Shown one piece after another: positions 28,407 to 39,240 of a stretch of 64,000 nt of DNA. The notes beneath the pieces are model-generated. The model was not told the origin of the DNA, searched no databases, and was given only the letters and a program-made list of their open reading frames with translations. This stretch comes from a virus. Position 1 is the first letter of the stretch. Every line of letters begins with the position of its first letter. The DNA is taken from the IMG/VR virus record IMGVR_UViG_3300037826_000058, positions 32,001 through 96,000 of that record; one strand, written 5' to 3'. The position numbers and the translations under genes are program-made.

Positions 28407-29041
28407 CTGCTTTCAAACAACTGTTTGTTATGCACATATATTTCGTGTTGCCCCTTCAACTTCCCCCAGCTGGCGTTACCGACATGATTGACATGCCCCA
28501 CCTTCCGAAAGCGATATCCAGCTTGTTCGATGCGCTCCCACAAATCACGATCTTCAAACATACCCATCTGGTATCTTTCGTCTAGGATACCCACACGATT
28601 GATAACTTCACGCCTAGTCATCCACAGGGCTCCGAACATATGCCCCTTGGGGGCCTCCTCAATTCCCACCCTCCGCTTGGGGTCATGGTCTAGCAGATGC
28701 GAACTGATAGCACCAATACCGTCAATCCAAGCATGCTGTGCTTGTTCTATCCAATTATCTAGTATCTCGATGTCGTTGTTGGAAACTACTATCCAGTGAG
28801 AGGAAGATGCTTCTATGCCTTGATTAACCGCTGGCCCATATCCCCTGTTGGTTTTGTTTCTGATGTAAAAATCACTTACCGCTTTCATATAGGATATGCC
28901 TATAGTGGATGCGTTGTCAACAATGATAATATTGTGCTGGGGGCAATATTCTCTGAAACTGTCAACGCATCGCTTGGTATAACCTAGCAACTCCCTGTCT
29001 ATAATCCAGCATGGGATTATGATGTCAGCTCGGTTGTCCAT
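28397..29041 (-). CDS. glycosyltransferase family 2
   Basis: DIIIPCW, IVDNAS, NRGYGPAVNQG, SNNDI, FEDRD. Confidence 0.9.
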   Translation of the reverse strand: MDNRADIIIPCWIIDRELLGYTKRCVDSFREYCPQHNIIIVDNASTIGISYMKAVSDFYIRNKTNRGYGPAVNQGIEASSSHWIVVSNNDIEILDNWIEQAQHAWIDGIGAISSHLLDHDPKRRVGIEEAPKGHMFGALWMTRREVINRVGILDERYQMGMFEDRDLWERIEQAGYRFRKVGHVNHVGNASWGKLKGQHEIYVHNKQLFESRWV

Positions 29042-30293
29042 GAACCCCCTCGATAGCGGAATGTAAGTTGTGTCGCCACACCGCATCTAGGCTGCGTGTA
29101 AGCCTTGCCCTTTGATGCGCTTTCATTATGGGGCTGTGTTCCATTTGTCGTTTAATGCACAACGCTACCCAATGCATATAGTCATTGCGGTTGCCGTACT
29201 CGGTTATTGTATCCCCTGGCATACCGTTGTTCAAATTGATGGATGAGCTGAATTTTGCCATTTGTGCATATCCTGCGTATTGATGGAATACAGATAGGTC
29301 GTAGTTGAGCATCAACCCCATACGTTTCCACATAGCCTCATGCAATATCAAGGGGTCGCTCTCGCTACGCGAGGGGTGTACCATTACGTCACCTACTTCC
29401 ATCAAGTCCATGACTACCCTGTGAGGTACGCTGTATCCTTTGTGGTCAGAGGTAAACAATACAATGTCTCCATAGTCCTCCTTGATTTTTTCACGGTAGC
29501 GCTTCTTGTCGCCCGCCGTGCTGTGAAAGTCACATATTACCACCTTTACACGCGCCCCCATTTGTTTAAGATGTTCAAATATTTCACAGATAATATGAGG
29601 TTGCTTGCCCCGATCTAGTCTACAGGGATAAACAGCGATAATGTCCATTTGCATCAGATCACTATCGTGTACAATTTCTTGTGAAAGGGGGTGCATCTCT
29701 CCCAAAAAATCAATTGGGTTTGGAATCACCAATACTTGGTCGCGTTCATATCCATACAATTGGCGCTTTCGCTCTATTTCCTCAGCATGCATCGCCACTA
29801 GATAAGAATACGGAAATTGCCCTACCAGCTCTTGCCCTAGTGTTTTGTCTAGTTGCATAACGCGGTCGGGTGTGCCCATGTTGGTTGCGCTGTGTACCCA
29901 ATGCAACCAGCGCATATCGGGTCGCTTCTTGGCTATTCTTCTTGCTGCTATATGGTGTTTCCACATATCTGGCTGATAAATCAGGTCGTGCGTCAAGACT
30001 ACATTAACATTAGATAGCGCATTCCCCATTTGCTCTTCGATGATGTCTATCTCCTTTTCGCTTTGTTGTGATATAACCTCAACACGGTTTTTACCAAAGC
30101 GACCAGATTCTATTTTGACAACCTCGGCACCGGGATAGTGTTTTGCATCATTATCGTTGAAATGCTCTCTTACCAGTAATTTATATTGATATCCTGCACG
30201 GTGGAGCATCTTTCCTTGGTCTCGTACCACTCGACACAGCGAGTAAGCGTTATCAAAATTAACGAAATCAGTTACTATTGCTACCTTTTTCAT
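29025..30293 (-). CDS. GT-B (family 4-like) glycosyltransferase
   Basis: VIPNPID, RLDRGKQ, PSRSESDPLILHEAM. Confidence 0.85.
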   Translation of the reverse strand: MKKVAIVTDFVNFDNAYSLCRVVRDQGKMLHRAGYQYKLLVREHFNDNDAKHYPGAEVVKIESGRFGKNRVEVISQQSEKEIDIIEEQMGNALSNVNVVLTHDLIYQPDMWKHHIAARRIAKKRPDMRWLHWVHSATNMGTPDRVMQLDKTLGQELVGQFPYSYLVAMHAEEIERKRQLYGYERDQVLVIPNPIDFLGEMHPLSQEIVHDSDLMQMDIIAVYPCRLDRGKQPHIICEIFEHLKQMGARVKVVICDFHSTAGDKKRYREKIKEDYGDIVLFTSDHKGYSVPHRVVMDLMEVGDVMVHPSRSESDPLILHEAMWKRMGLMLNYDLSVFHQYAGYAQMAKFSSSINLNNGMPGDTITEYGNRNDYMHWVALCIKRQMEHSPIMKAHQRARLTRSLDAVWRHNLHSAIEGVHGQPS

Positions 30294-31150
30294 ATAGTAG
30301 TTACCTCATTTTCTAATACCCCAGCCTCAAGTACCATAAACGTTCCTCCAGCCGCGTGTATCTCTTCCTTGACAAAAATGGACGCTCGAAGCTCGCCCCT
30401 GATGGTTACATCATGCAACTCGGCTGTTCCATCAGCGTTGATGCGCATTCCCTTCAAACCACTTGTGAAGTTGCTTGATTGAATACGCTTGTTGGGGCCA
30501 TCTATCTGTATCACCGGGGAACCTGTTCCCACAGTTACCACACCATCGACATCCAGTGTGCCTATGTGTCCAGCATTGGCGTCGATAGTACCTGTTATGT
30601 TCGCATTTGTTGCAGTAAAAGCTCCTCCTTTGGTTACTCTAAACGGTGCCGAACCCGCTGTGCTGTGTCCAACCCAGATGCGATATGTGGCATCTTGAGC
30701 GTCTAACCTCACAATATCTGTACCGCTACCAAGCTCTAAATACCCGTCGGAATGTAGCGTGGCATTGTTCTTTGCTAGGTTGTCAGAGTTGATTGTCCAC
30801 CCACCGATTGCACCGGCGGTTGCGGTAATTGTACCTGTAATCGTTGCACTTGATGCTACCAGGTTCCCGTCGCTATCTACACGGAAGGGAGCTGACGCGC
30901 GGGTGGCGTTACCTGCCCAGAACCTCCAATCTGTACCCGCTGTGACCTCGGAATTTAGGCCAACCTGTCCGTTATCTGAAATCAGAGTGTAGACGCCAAT
31001 CTCAAAGCCACCAACATGCCCCCCTAGCAGATTGTTACGACCGCTTCCAGTAACAGCGGTGTAACCACCCGTCTTAGAGCGTGAAGCTACATAGGGTCGC
31101 AATGCATCTACGTCCCCCCTGACATTCCTTTTGTGTGGTCTAAGTGTCAT
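30290..31150 (-). CDS. tail fibre/tail tip protein (apparent N-terminal part)
   Basis: Repeated APFRV...G and GAIGGWTI motifs; ends VTIRGELRASIFVKEEIHAAGGTFMVL...ENEVTTI. Confidence 0.75.
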   Translation of the reverse strand: MTLRPHKRNVRGDVDALRPYVASRSKTGGYTAVTGSGRNNLLGGHVGGFEIGVYTLISDNGQVGLNSEVTAGTDWRFWAGNATRASAPFRVDSDGNLVASSATITGTITATAGAIGGWTINSDNLAKNNATLHSDGYLELGSGTDIVRLDAQDATYRIWVGHSTAGSAPFRVTKGGAFTATNANITGTIDANAGHIGTLDVDGVVTVGTGSPVIQIDGPNKRIQSSNFTSGLKGMRINADGTAELHDVTIRGELRASIFVKEEIHAAGGTFMVLEAGVLENEVTTI

Positions 31151-33123
31151 CGTAAATCACTCATTCGTGCTACTAATGCGTCCAACGAGTCATCCTCTAG
31201 ATCAAGAACTATTCTGAGTTGATTATTGGTAGAACTATACTCCATAGAAGTCGCTTGTGAGCACTGCAATCTATCCCAACTTGAAGTTAATAAATCGGCT
31301 GTCGGTATTAAGTCTGAAATCTTGAAATAGCTTTTTGAATACTTTATAGGTGACCACAAGGGATAACGTTTATTGTAACTATCGAGAATATAACCTGACG
31401 ACAAAACTATACTCTTAGATAAAAGTGGGTTACTGAATTTTTCCCGATACAGCTCTGCGTAGTTTTCAGCAATAGCTCTTGTTGCGTCGCCTGCAGACAC
31501 GATAATTTCTCTTCGCCAGTAATCCGATATACTGGTTGTATCTGTGAGATAAGATATTTGCGGTTCTATGCTTATCACCCCATCATTTTCCATGTCTCTA
31601 TAAATGACTTTAACCGCATTCCTCATTTCTTGCACTGAACGCTCCATTACTCTAGAACTTGGTGCTAGCATGGAACGGTAGATACTCCAATCATACGTAC
31701 CATCATTGACCTGTGCTTTGAAATATGGTATTGGTTTCTGAGGGCTTGTACCATCAAATGCGGCGTTTTTCAACCAATAATTCCACTGATTATTTGAACT
31801 GTCGCTCCATGATGATAGCTTGTCAATCAATTCCCCTGGATACATTCCACCCTGTTCAATAGGTGGTTCCCAAAACCCCACTACGGTGTTTGTCTCATCT
31901 ATGTTGCTCTGATTGTCGCTAGCAAAGGGAACGTCATTTGTTAGAGCCTCTTTAATAACTTCGCTGGTGGTTTTATAGGCGTAGTTCTTTAGCGCTTGGT
32001 ACGAGTAAGGAGTTAGGTCTGAGAAATCTGTGTCACCGAGCCAGCCCTGTGTGTCATCATCGCATTCCCAATTGCGATACACTTTTATATAGGTATTCCC
32101 CCCCGTCCCCACATCTCCCATAAAACCCCAAGTTATAGACCCAACGTTACTTGTATAGATGCTGAACGTCATGCTATGTCCTGATCCCACACTAGTCCAA
32201 TTGGTGCTAGCGTCAGCATCGTATTTGAACATAACATTGGCTTCCTCGCTACGACCATCAGAATCGGAACCTATGACAACCTCTGTTACTCCATTACTGT
32301 AAGTATAACCGCTTGTTTTTATGACTAAAAAGTAATCAGTATTTGCGTCAAGTGTGGGGCCATTGCTAGCCCATGTAAAAGATATGTCACTGTAACTTGT
32401 TCCTAAACTACTATTTATATTCAGAGACTGAGAGGCATTACCAACAATCTCTCCGGGCCTTCCTTGAGACTCTGTATAAACACTGGCGGTCATAGTCCCC
32501 GCTGGTGTGCCAACCTTTTTCATCTCCACGTCTGCTCTTACGATTTGGCTATTGATGTCTACTCTAAATCGTTCAGCATACCACTCACGGTCAGCGTTTC
32601 CATCAGATGACGTTAGATGATTGTCGGTATCAGTTACATTGCTATACTTTGTATCCGGTTGTCCTGTGTTAAAAACCTCTATTTTGTATTGTGCATCACC
32701 GCTTCCCGTGTTCCAATCGCTAAAGTCTTGTCCTGTATCCCTAAAGACCCCCCCGGATTCATAGCTTAGTGTACCCTGCTGATAATCCTGTGCTGTGGTG
32801 TCGAAAGCATATAACTGATCGAAATGCCTAAACCATGCCCCGCTAGCTAGTATTTGTATCCCTGTGGGGGTCATGGCAAGTCCAGTAATAAACCCGTCTG
32901 CAACAGGTCTGTCACAAAATTGGTCAACAACAATTACACGATACCCAATGTATCTTCGGTAAAACGTGTATGCTTTTTGCCAGTGACCAATCCAATCCAT
33001 TTCTATGGATTGTAGTCCTCCATTTAATTCCCATAACAAACGTATGTTACCAGTTGGCATGAGTATGTTTGTTATCGGTGATGGAGATGATAGATTGTTA
33101 TCGTATAGATATGCTCTTAGCAT
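31147..33123 (-). CDS. baseplate hub/tail tip protein with inserted beta-sandwich domain
   Basis: Position after Dit-like gene; internal domain similar to N-terminus of 42203..43240. Confidence 0.6.
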   Translation of the reverse strand: MLRAYLYDNNLSSPSPITNILMPTGNIRLLWELNGGLQSIEMDWIGHWQKAYTFYRRYIGYRVIVVDQFCDRPVADGFITGLAMTPTGIQILASGAWFRHFDQLYAFDTTAQDYQQGTLSYESGGVFRDTGQDFSDWNTGSGDAQYKIEVFNTGQPDTKYSNVTDTDNHLTSSDGNADREWYAERFRVDINSQIVRADVEMKKVGTPAGTMTASVYTESQGRPGEIVGNASQSLNINSSLGTSYSDISFTWASNGPTLDANTDYFLVIKTSGYTYSNGVTEVVIGSDSDGRSEEANVMFKYDADASTNWTSVGSGHSMTFSIYTSNVGSITWGFMGDVGTGGNTYIKVYRNWECDDDTQGWLGDTDFSDLTPYSYQALKNYAYKTTSEVIKEALTNDVPFASDNQSNIDETNTVVGFWEPPIEQGGMYPGELIDKLSSWSDSSNNQWNYWLKNAAFDGTSPQKPIPYFKAQVNDGTYDWSIYRSMLAPSSRVMERSVQEMRNAVKVIYRDMENDGVISIEPQISYLTDTTSISDYWRREIIVSAGDATRAIAENYAELYREKFSNPLLSKSIVLSSGYILDSYNKRYPLWSPIKYSKSYFKISDLIPTADLLTSSWDRLQCSQATSMEYSSTNNQLRIVLDLEDDSLDALVARMSDLR

Positions 33124-35003
33124 TAACTGGTTCCTAATAAGAACTCGGTTCTTGGTCGAGCCTTAATATACACCTTTACTGAACCTTGTGAAAAACCATC
33201 ATCACTATTTGTGCTTGTTATCACAAACCGTTGCATAATATCTGGTTCTATTTGAGGCACTTGTCCTAGTATTGCATAGTGTCCAATGTATCCCTCAGCC
33301 CCGTCTGCTTTCAAGACCATATTCATGGGTACACCGTTTCTTTCATGTATAAAGCATGTTGCATAGTCATCTGGGGCGTTGAATATTGTGTATTCTTCAT
33401 CTACGCTTACTAGCAAGAAGAAGTCTGCAGTTACTGTAGCGGCGCTTTCTAAGTTTACTAATACCCTAATGTTTTCTTGATAGTCCACTGCATAGTCTCC
33501 CCCAGGCCATCCCGCTCCCTCTGGAATTAAAGAAACATGGTCGTCTGGATTCATGCCAAAGTAAATAGGCCCAATTGCAATCATTTGGGAGGTTGTGGAA
33601 AGCGATATATTTACTACCTCTGTACTGGCGCTGTCAGTTTCGTCGTAAAAAGCAAAATCATAGTAGGGGCCACTTGTTAAGACCTTTGCTTTTCCATCTA
33701 CAGACCCAGACGAAATGCTCATAGGGGCCAAGAGCATGTATGTACCGGGGTACATATCTGGTTGGTTTACAATGGTGGTTTGGTGTGCTTTTACTGTTTC
33801 CCATGTATTAGGCGAAACGCTAATATCAGTTGCTCCGCTTATATGATAATCGTAACAGTTGTAGTCATTGGCATTTTCTGTAACGCGATAGGAGAACTTG
33901 CCTATATGGTATTCTGTAAAAGTATTGCCTTCTATTACCCAATGTGTTTCCATAGGAGCATCACCTGGAGCACCGTGAACATCGATATATGCTACAGCAC
34001 CACTATCACCGTCGTAGTTTGATATATTGCTTTGACTACACCACGTTGTGTGGCTGTTGCTTATCGCTGTTGAGTTGAATTGCAGATAGCATTTGTTTAC
34101 ATATACTGTCATGCCAGAAGTAGCCGTTATTCGCAACCTTACATCTTTTTCAGCTGGGACATTTGCACTCAAAGACAGCTTTACACCTTCATCTGTGGTG
34201 CTTGTTGTATCGCTAGTAATATCTGTACCGTCTGTATGGTTTCGCAGGGTCGCAGTGATTGTTCCGCTGTCTGTTGTATAGACATAGGCATAGGCTACGC
34301 ACGCTTTTTCAATATCATTGGATGAAATTGTATCACTCTCGATTCCTTCACCGTCTGCATCTGTAGTGAAAAGACCGGCAGTACCGTTGACAAAAGACGA
34401 TATTGCTCCAACACCGCTAGTTGTTCTCTCGAATTCTGTGGGGCTGCCCACTTCGTTCCAACCATAGGTGTTTTTGTAGAAATCCGGATTTGTTAGCTCG
34501 TTGTAAATATATTGCCATGCTCCATACCCTAGAGGCTCGGTAATTAAATCAAAGCTTATAGCATCACCAAATTTTACATCTTGGGTTTGCCTGTTGAAAT
34601 ATTCAAATAGATCAACACCCCCGAAATTAGCATCTATTACAGTGTACCTTGTCCAATTAGTGGCACCCTCTAACTGTATCTCTAAGTAAACCTCGCTTTC
34701 ATCTTGGTGGGTTTGATGTCTTCTAGCTCTCTTGATAAGTCGGTTGAGAGTTATCAACTGGTTTGCAATAGCGTCGTCAGAAGAATTGCTTTTGAGTGCA
34801 ACCTTCATAGGCCATGTTCGGTTGCCCAACTTCTCTCTAATGATTCTCTCACCATCTTGCCAATCCGATTGGTGATACAAGTGTTGGTGTTCAGGTAACC
34901 CTAAGGAGGCCCCAGAGGCCAGCATCTGAAACCCAGCTCCGGAAGCATCAAAGGAAAGATCAACAGAATCTGTTCCATTGGATATTTTTATTACATCTGT
35001 CAT
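33123..35003 (-). CDS. distal tail (Dit-like) protein with CBM-like insertion
   Basis: Immediately after tape measure; NELTNPDF...GW CBM-like motif. Confidence 0.6.
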   Translation of the reverse strand: MTDVIKISNGTDSVDLSFDASGAGFQMLASGASLGLPEHQHLYHQSDWQDGERIIREKLGNRTWPMKVALKSNSSDDAIANQLITLNRLIKRARRHQTHQDESEVYLEIQLEGATNWTRYTVIDANFGGVDLFEYFNRQTQDVKFGDAISFDLITEPLGYGAWQYIYNELTNPDFYKNTYGWNEVGSPTEFERTTSGVGAISSFVNGTAGLFTTDADGEGIESDTISSNDIEKACVAYAYVYTTDSGTITATLRNHTDGTDITSDTTSTTDEGVKLSLSANVPAEKDVRLRITATSGMTVYVNKCYLQFNSTAISNSHTTWCSQSNISNYDGDSGAVAYIDVHGAPGDAPMETHWVIEGNTFTEYHIGKFSYRVTENANDYNCYDYHISGATDISVSPNTWETVKAHQTTIVNQPDMYPGTYMLLAPMSISSGSVDGKAKVLTSGPYYDFAFYDETDSASTEVVNISLSTTSQMIAIGPIYFGMNPDDHVSLIPEGAGWPGGDYAVDYQENIRVLVNLESAATVTADFFLLVSVDEEYTIFNAPDDYATCFIHERNGVPMNMVLKADGAEGYIGHYAILGQVPQIEPDIMQRFVITSTNSDDGFSQGSVKVYIKARPRTEFLLGTS

Positions 35004-38000
35004 GCCGGTTGCCTCCTAGCGTTAATCATGTTGCCAATCTCAACTGATAAATCCTTAGCAAATTGTCTACCAACTTGCATGTTTGGTACTACCAACGTAC
35101 CTACCAGCGATTCATTAAATTGAACTGTGCTGGGAGCGTCGGCTGGTGCTGGTGTAGAAGATGCAACGGGTGCTCCTATTGGTCGTGATGTTCCCACGCT
35201 ACGCATCAATTGCCCCATTTCCCGCAACTCATCATTGACCATCGAAACAGCCGTTGCTAACGGTGGGGGCGAGTGCATCTCTAGGTTTTCAGGAATGCTA
35301 CCTGATTGTTGCACCTGAATTCTAATAGTCACCTTGTTTTCATCAGCCCACTTCTTGAGTTCCTTGACCTTCTTTAAGATTTTGGCAAGGGTGTCTTTTA
35401 CCCCGTTTAGGGCTGCGCACGTCTCGGCGGCAAATTCCCTAAATAAGTTAAGCAAGTCACCTAGTCTTTCTTCAGCAATCTCTTCAAAGTCGTCAAACAT
35501 TACTGGTACAATGCCACTGTCACCTAATAGCTCCTGGCTTAGCGCTTCAAATTGTTGTTGTGTACCAGAAGACCAAGATGCAGTATCTCCCTTTATAGTG
35601 TCATACGTTTGATTGAATTGCTGTGTTGTTTCTGTTCCCCATTGTGCGGTTGCTTCCCCCGTTGAAGCATACGTACCCCCCAGCTCGCTTTCTATGCTAC
35701 TTGCCATCTGAGGTACAATCTCTTCTGAAATGCGCGTGCTCATTCCAGACATTTGTGCTTCCATACCAACACCGAAATCATCAGTTTCGGTAAGCCATCT
35801 GTTTAGGGTTGCTGACCACCCGCTAAGTGCTTCATCTGTACCTTGGGTTACGTTGGATGTGCTTGCTCCAATATCCTCAAAATGCTTGCTAGCAACATCA
35901 CTTGCTTCACCTAAATATCTGTCAGCCTGAAGCGCATATCGTTGTGCCGCAGCCCCCATTTCGTTTTGCTTTCTGATGTTTTCATCGGCAGCCTCGGCTA
36001 CATTGTTGATGTTTAATTCAAAGTCATCTGCCCATTTATTGTACTCTCTGCGAGTTTCCAACATTGTGTCAATCACAAGGTCGTTACTTTTTTCAAATGA
36101 CCTGGCAAACTCTTCAAGACCGCTTCCTTGGCCGCCGATCTTTCCCAACCAGTCCGCCACTGATTGAAAACCCTGTGCCATCTTTATAACCGGTATGGCA
36201 ACCAACCCGTGAACTGCCCCTCGTAAGTCAATTATGACATCGCGTGCCCACTCCGCTATCCGCCCCATAACAAGCAAGCCTCTTTGTACAGGGCTTAATG
36301 CGGCATGTAGGTGGGGCCACTTATTCCTGGATTGGTCATCAACCGTTTTGCCCAACAAGGTCATCATGGCTAAAGCAAGCCCCGCCTTGGCACCAAATAG
36401 AGCGGTTGCCCCAGCACCTACAAGCAATACAGTGTTGTATTCCGAAAAGAAGTCTGGGATATTGCTTTTATTTAAGGTCTCGGAGAGATCATTCCATGCA
36501 TCCATCATCATAGCAACGTTAGTGTTGAATGATTCCCGTACACGGTTGAAAGGTTCCTGCAATATTTCGCGCACTGTTTGCGCAAATCCCCCCATCTTTT
36601 TCTTGAGACCCTTGATGACTGATGGGCCACCAGCTGGGAAGTCAAAACCTCGTGTAATCTCTCCTAATTTCTTGGCAGCCCCACCAGCAGCCTTGGCTGC
36701 TTTTTTCATCTTGTCAGCTGTGCTACCAATACCTTCATCAACCTCGTCTATCATACGGTTGAGCATTCGGAACAGCTCTAGCTGTTCTTGGATAGCACTC
36801 TTGCGATTTTCTAGTACATTAACCTGTCTCTCTTGCTCTTTGACCGCCGCTCTAGTGGCTTGTACCTGTTGCAGCTGACCACGAATGGCATCCTCATCTT
36901 TGCCCAATACCTGCATTTCAAATAGAGCTGTCTCTTCCCCTTTGAGCTTGCCTTCCATACGCTCTAAAGCCTTGCGAGCGTCTTCCAGCTTCATCTCTAC
37001 TTGCTTTTCCAGTAATTCAAGGTCAAAGATGCTTAATCCCTTGGCCCAAGATGCAATGGCCGAAACCCCCCATTCCATTAATTGCTTCTTGGGTTTGGCT
37101 TCAAACTGCTTCTTTAGCTTCTGAAGCACACCGCTGAATTGGGGGTCATATTCCTCCATAGCGCCATACCATTCGGCAATGGCATCCATACCCCAATTGA
37201 TAATATCTGGTGCAACACGAGGAGGAGACCCAGGGGCCAACCAGTTTTCCAAAATGGCACTGATTGTGTTCATCACGGTGACAATCGCGTATGTGAAGCC
37301 CTCTAGGATACCAACAGCTAAACTACTACCAATATTAGCACCCCAAGACGCTGCGTTTACAGCCCATTCTCCTGCCCTTGTTCCCATTCGCTGGGCACCA
37401 TTAGCAACAGCGCTTTCTGCTCCTAAGACACCCTTGGACATACTGTGAGGTAACTCATCGCTTACTTTGTAAAACACATTCATAAAGGATTCTGCAAAGA
37501 CACTGGCAAGAGGAATGGTTTTTGTTACAAATTCTCTGACGTAGCCCATCGCGACCGTAAGGGCTGGGCCAAGGGCCATCAATATGTTGTCTTTGAGATC
37601 AACAAAACTAGCCTTAACGGCTCCTGTTTGAAAAGCCAGCAATGCCTCTGTATCACCCATTGCGGCGACTAGGGCTTCACCCTGTCTTAATGCCTCGTTT
37701 AACAACGCTACGGACTTTTGTTGGCGTGACATCTCCTGTGTAGTAATGCCCAATTGCTCAGCGTATTTTTCTTGGGCGTAGTTGAGATCAACCATCAAGC
37801 CCAGCTGGGCGAAGTACCTGGTATATAGACGCCCAGCACCCATGACGAGAGAGCTTACCATTTTCTCCACGTCTTTACCCATGATGTTGGCAGCGGCAGT
37901 AGCAACCTCAAATACACGGGGTAGTTTAGTTCCCACCTCGGCCCCCATCAAGGCAAAGGCATGGTTAGCCGCCTCTGCCATATCGGTATAGGACATCATA

Positions 38001-38443
38001 CCCCTAGAAGCGACACGAAGCTTGTTCACAAAGACATCTATATTGGGGGCCATTTCAGCAAAGGCTTGATTGCCGCGTCGTGCAGCCTCTACAAAACCCT
38101 CAAATACAACACGTTTGTTCTGTATAGCACCAATGCTTTCAGATAGTTTATAGAATCCAAACGACAACCCAGCAACAGTGGCGGTTAAACCAACCGCTGC
38201 TTTCCCGATGGTTTTAAGAGCACCTAGTACGCCCCCAATCAACCCTCGCGTGAGTTTGGTTGCAGCTTGGGCTGCTGTGTTAAAAACCTTGTCGAATACT
38301 GGTCTTAACCCAGCACCTGCTTTACCTATTTTGCTTGCCGCTTTAACTATTTTCTTTAATTGTCTTTTCAATCGTTCAAGATGCTTACTGAAACCATCTT
38401 TAACGTTGATAGCAATTTGTCGTGCTATTTCACCCTGAGCCAT
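35000..38443 (-). CDS. tape measure protein
   Basis: 1147 aa, Ala/Gly-rich helical, follows chaperone pair. Confidence 0.88.
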   Translation of the reverse strand: MAQGEIARQIAINVKDGFSKHLERLKRQLKKIVKAASKIGKAGAGLRPVFDKVFNTAAQAATKLTRGLIGGVLGALKTIGKAAVGLTATVAGLSFGFYKLSESIGAIQNKRVVFEGFVEAARRGNQAFAEMAPNIDVFVNKLRVASRGMMSYTDMAEAANHAFALMGAEVGTKLPRVFEVATAAANIMGKDVEKMVSSLVMGAGRLYTRYFAQLGLMVDLNYAQEKYAEQLGITTQEMSRQQKSVALLNEALRQGEALVAAMGDTEALLAFQTGAVKASFVDLKDNILMALGPALTVAMGYVREFVTKTIPLASVFAESFMNVFYKVSDELPHSMSKGVLGAESAVANGAQRMGTRAGEWAVNAASWGANIGSSLAVGILEGFTYAIVTVMNTISAILENWLAPGSPPRVAPDIINWGMDAIAEWYGAMEEYDPQFSGVLQKLKKQFEAKPKKQLMEWGVSAIASWAKGLSIFDLELLEKQVEMKLEDARKALERMEGKLKGEETALFEMQVLGKDEDAIRGQLQQVQATRAAVKEQERQVNVLENRKSAIQEQLELFRMLNRMIDEVDEGIGSTADKMKKAAKAAGGAAKKLGEITRGFDFPAGGPSVIKGLKKKMGGFAQTVREILQEPFNRVRESFNTNVAMMMDAWNDLSETLNKSNIPDFFSEYNTVLLVGAGATALFGAKAGLALAMMTLLGKTVDDQSRNKWPHLHAALSPVQRGLLVMGRIAEWARDVIIDLRGAVHGLVAIPVIKMAQGFQSVADWLGKIGGQGSGLEEFARSFEKSNDLVIDTMLETRREYNKWADDFELNINNVAEAADENIRKQNEMGAAAQRYALQADRYLGEASDVASKHFEDIGASTSNVTQGTDEALSGWSATLNRWLTETDDFGVGMEAQMSGMSTRISEEIVPQMASSIESELGGTYASTGEATAQWGTETTQQFNQTYDTIKGDTASWSSGTQQQFEALSQELLGDSGIVPVMFDDFEEIAEERLGDLLNLFREFAAETCAALNGVKDTLAKILKKVKELKKWADENKVTIRIQVQQSGSIPENLEMHSPPPLATAVSMVNDELREMGQLMRSVGTSRPIGAPVASSTPAPADAPSTVQFNESLVGTLVVPNMQVGRQFAKDLSVEIGNMINARRQPA

Positions 38444-38804
38444 CCTTAGCCTCTTTGTTTACCTGCTTCATAAATTCTGCTACTTTTTCAGTTTGACTTT
38501 GCGGTTCAACCTCCATATGCAGGGCGTCCATCTTCCCCGACATTAGCAATCGTAACCTCATACGGTCTTCTCGCGACACGTTGTGAGGGTCTTCACGGAA
38601 GTTTTGTGCTACGTTTCGCCAGCGACGTAAATTGTACATTCTCATGCATACCCATCCATCTTCTTCCTGCAACTCGGATGGGCGACAATGAAACATCTCG
38701 CATAACGAAAGCTCAACAGCCTCTATGGGAACTGGGGGTATATCAACGCCACGGCTCCCGCCTAATATATTTAGGACGAGAGCCGTAGCTGCATCTAGTT
38801 TCCC
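38430..38804 (-). CDS. tail assembly chaperone, -1 frameshift extension (gpGT-like)
   Basis: -1 frame is open from the slippery site into ORF 38430..38696. Confidence 0.75.
   Translation of the reverse strand, partial: GKLDAATALVLNILGGSRGVDIPPVPIEAVELSLCEMFHCRPSELQEEDGWVCMRMYNLRRWRNVAQNFREDPHNVSREDRMRLRLLMSGKMDALHMEVEPQSQTEKVAEFMKQVNKEAKDGSG
38748..38804 (-). promoter_or_regulatory. programmed -1 frameshift signal
   Basis: G GGA AAC heptamer (38798-38804) before TAG; long stem-loop at 38748-38789. Confidence 0.85.
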
Positions 38805-39190
38805 TCTTCTGGCAACGCTTCTGGTGCTGTTCCCTCAAGCCACTTTTCTAGCAAGTATTGTAGCTCTGTAAATGCATCTAACTCCCTCAACGTATCAGCA
38901 CTTGGAGGGTTGTCTAGTTCTTCCCCAGTGTATGGATCAGTCCAGTCCCACCGGATGATAGCCCGCGCCAATATAGGGCAGACATCATCGTAGTAAAAGC
39001 GAGCCATCTTTCCTTCATCGTCGCCTTCCTGTAGCTTAGTAGCCTTCGCTACGACCATCATATCGCGTGGACTGATACGCTTGCGGAAGGATACTTCTTC
39101 GCCCTCATGAGGGTGATATTTTTCCCCCCCACTTTCTATCACTAAATCATCTGACTTAACAACTATCACTGGGGCGCGTCGCTTACTCAT
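38795..39190 (-). CDS. tail assembly chaperone (gpG-like)
   Basis: Between tail tube and tape measure; IIRWDWTD motif; ends at slippery site. Confidence 0.8.
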   Translation of the reverse strand: MSKRRAPVIVVKSDDLVIESGGEKYHPHEGEEVSFRKRISPRDMMVVAKATKLQEGDDEGKMARFYYDDVCPILARAIIRWDWTDPYTGEELDNPPSADTLRELDAFTELQYLLEKWLEGTAPEALPEEGN

Positions 39191-39240
39191 TTATGTACCT
39201 CCTCGCCTCCGCCCGTTTGGGTAGGAGAGGCCAGATTGTG

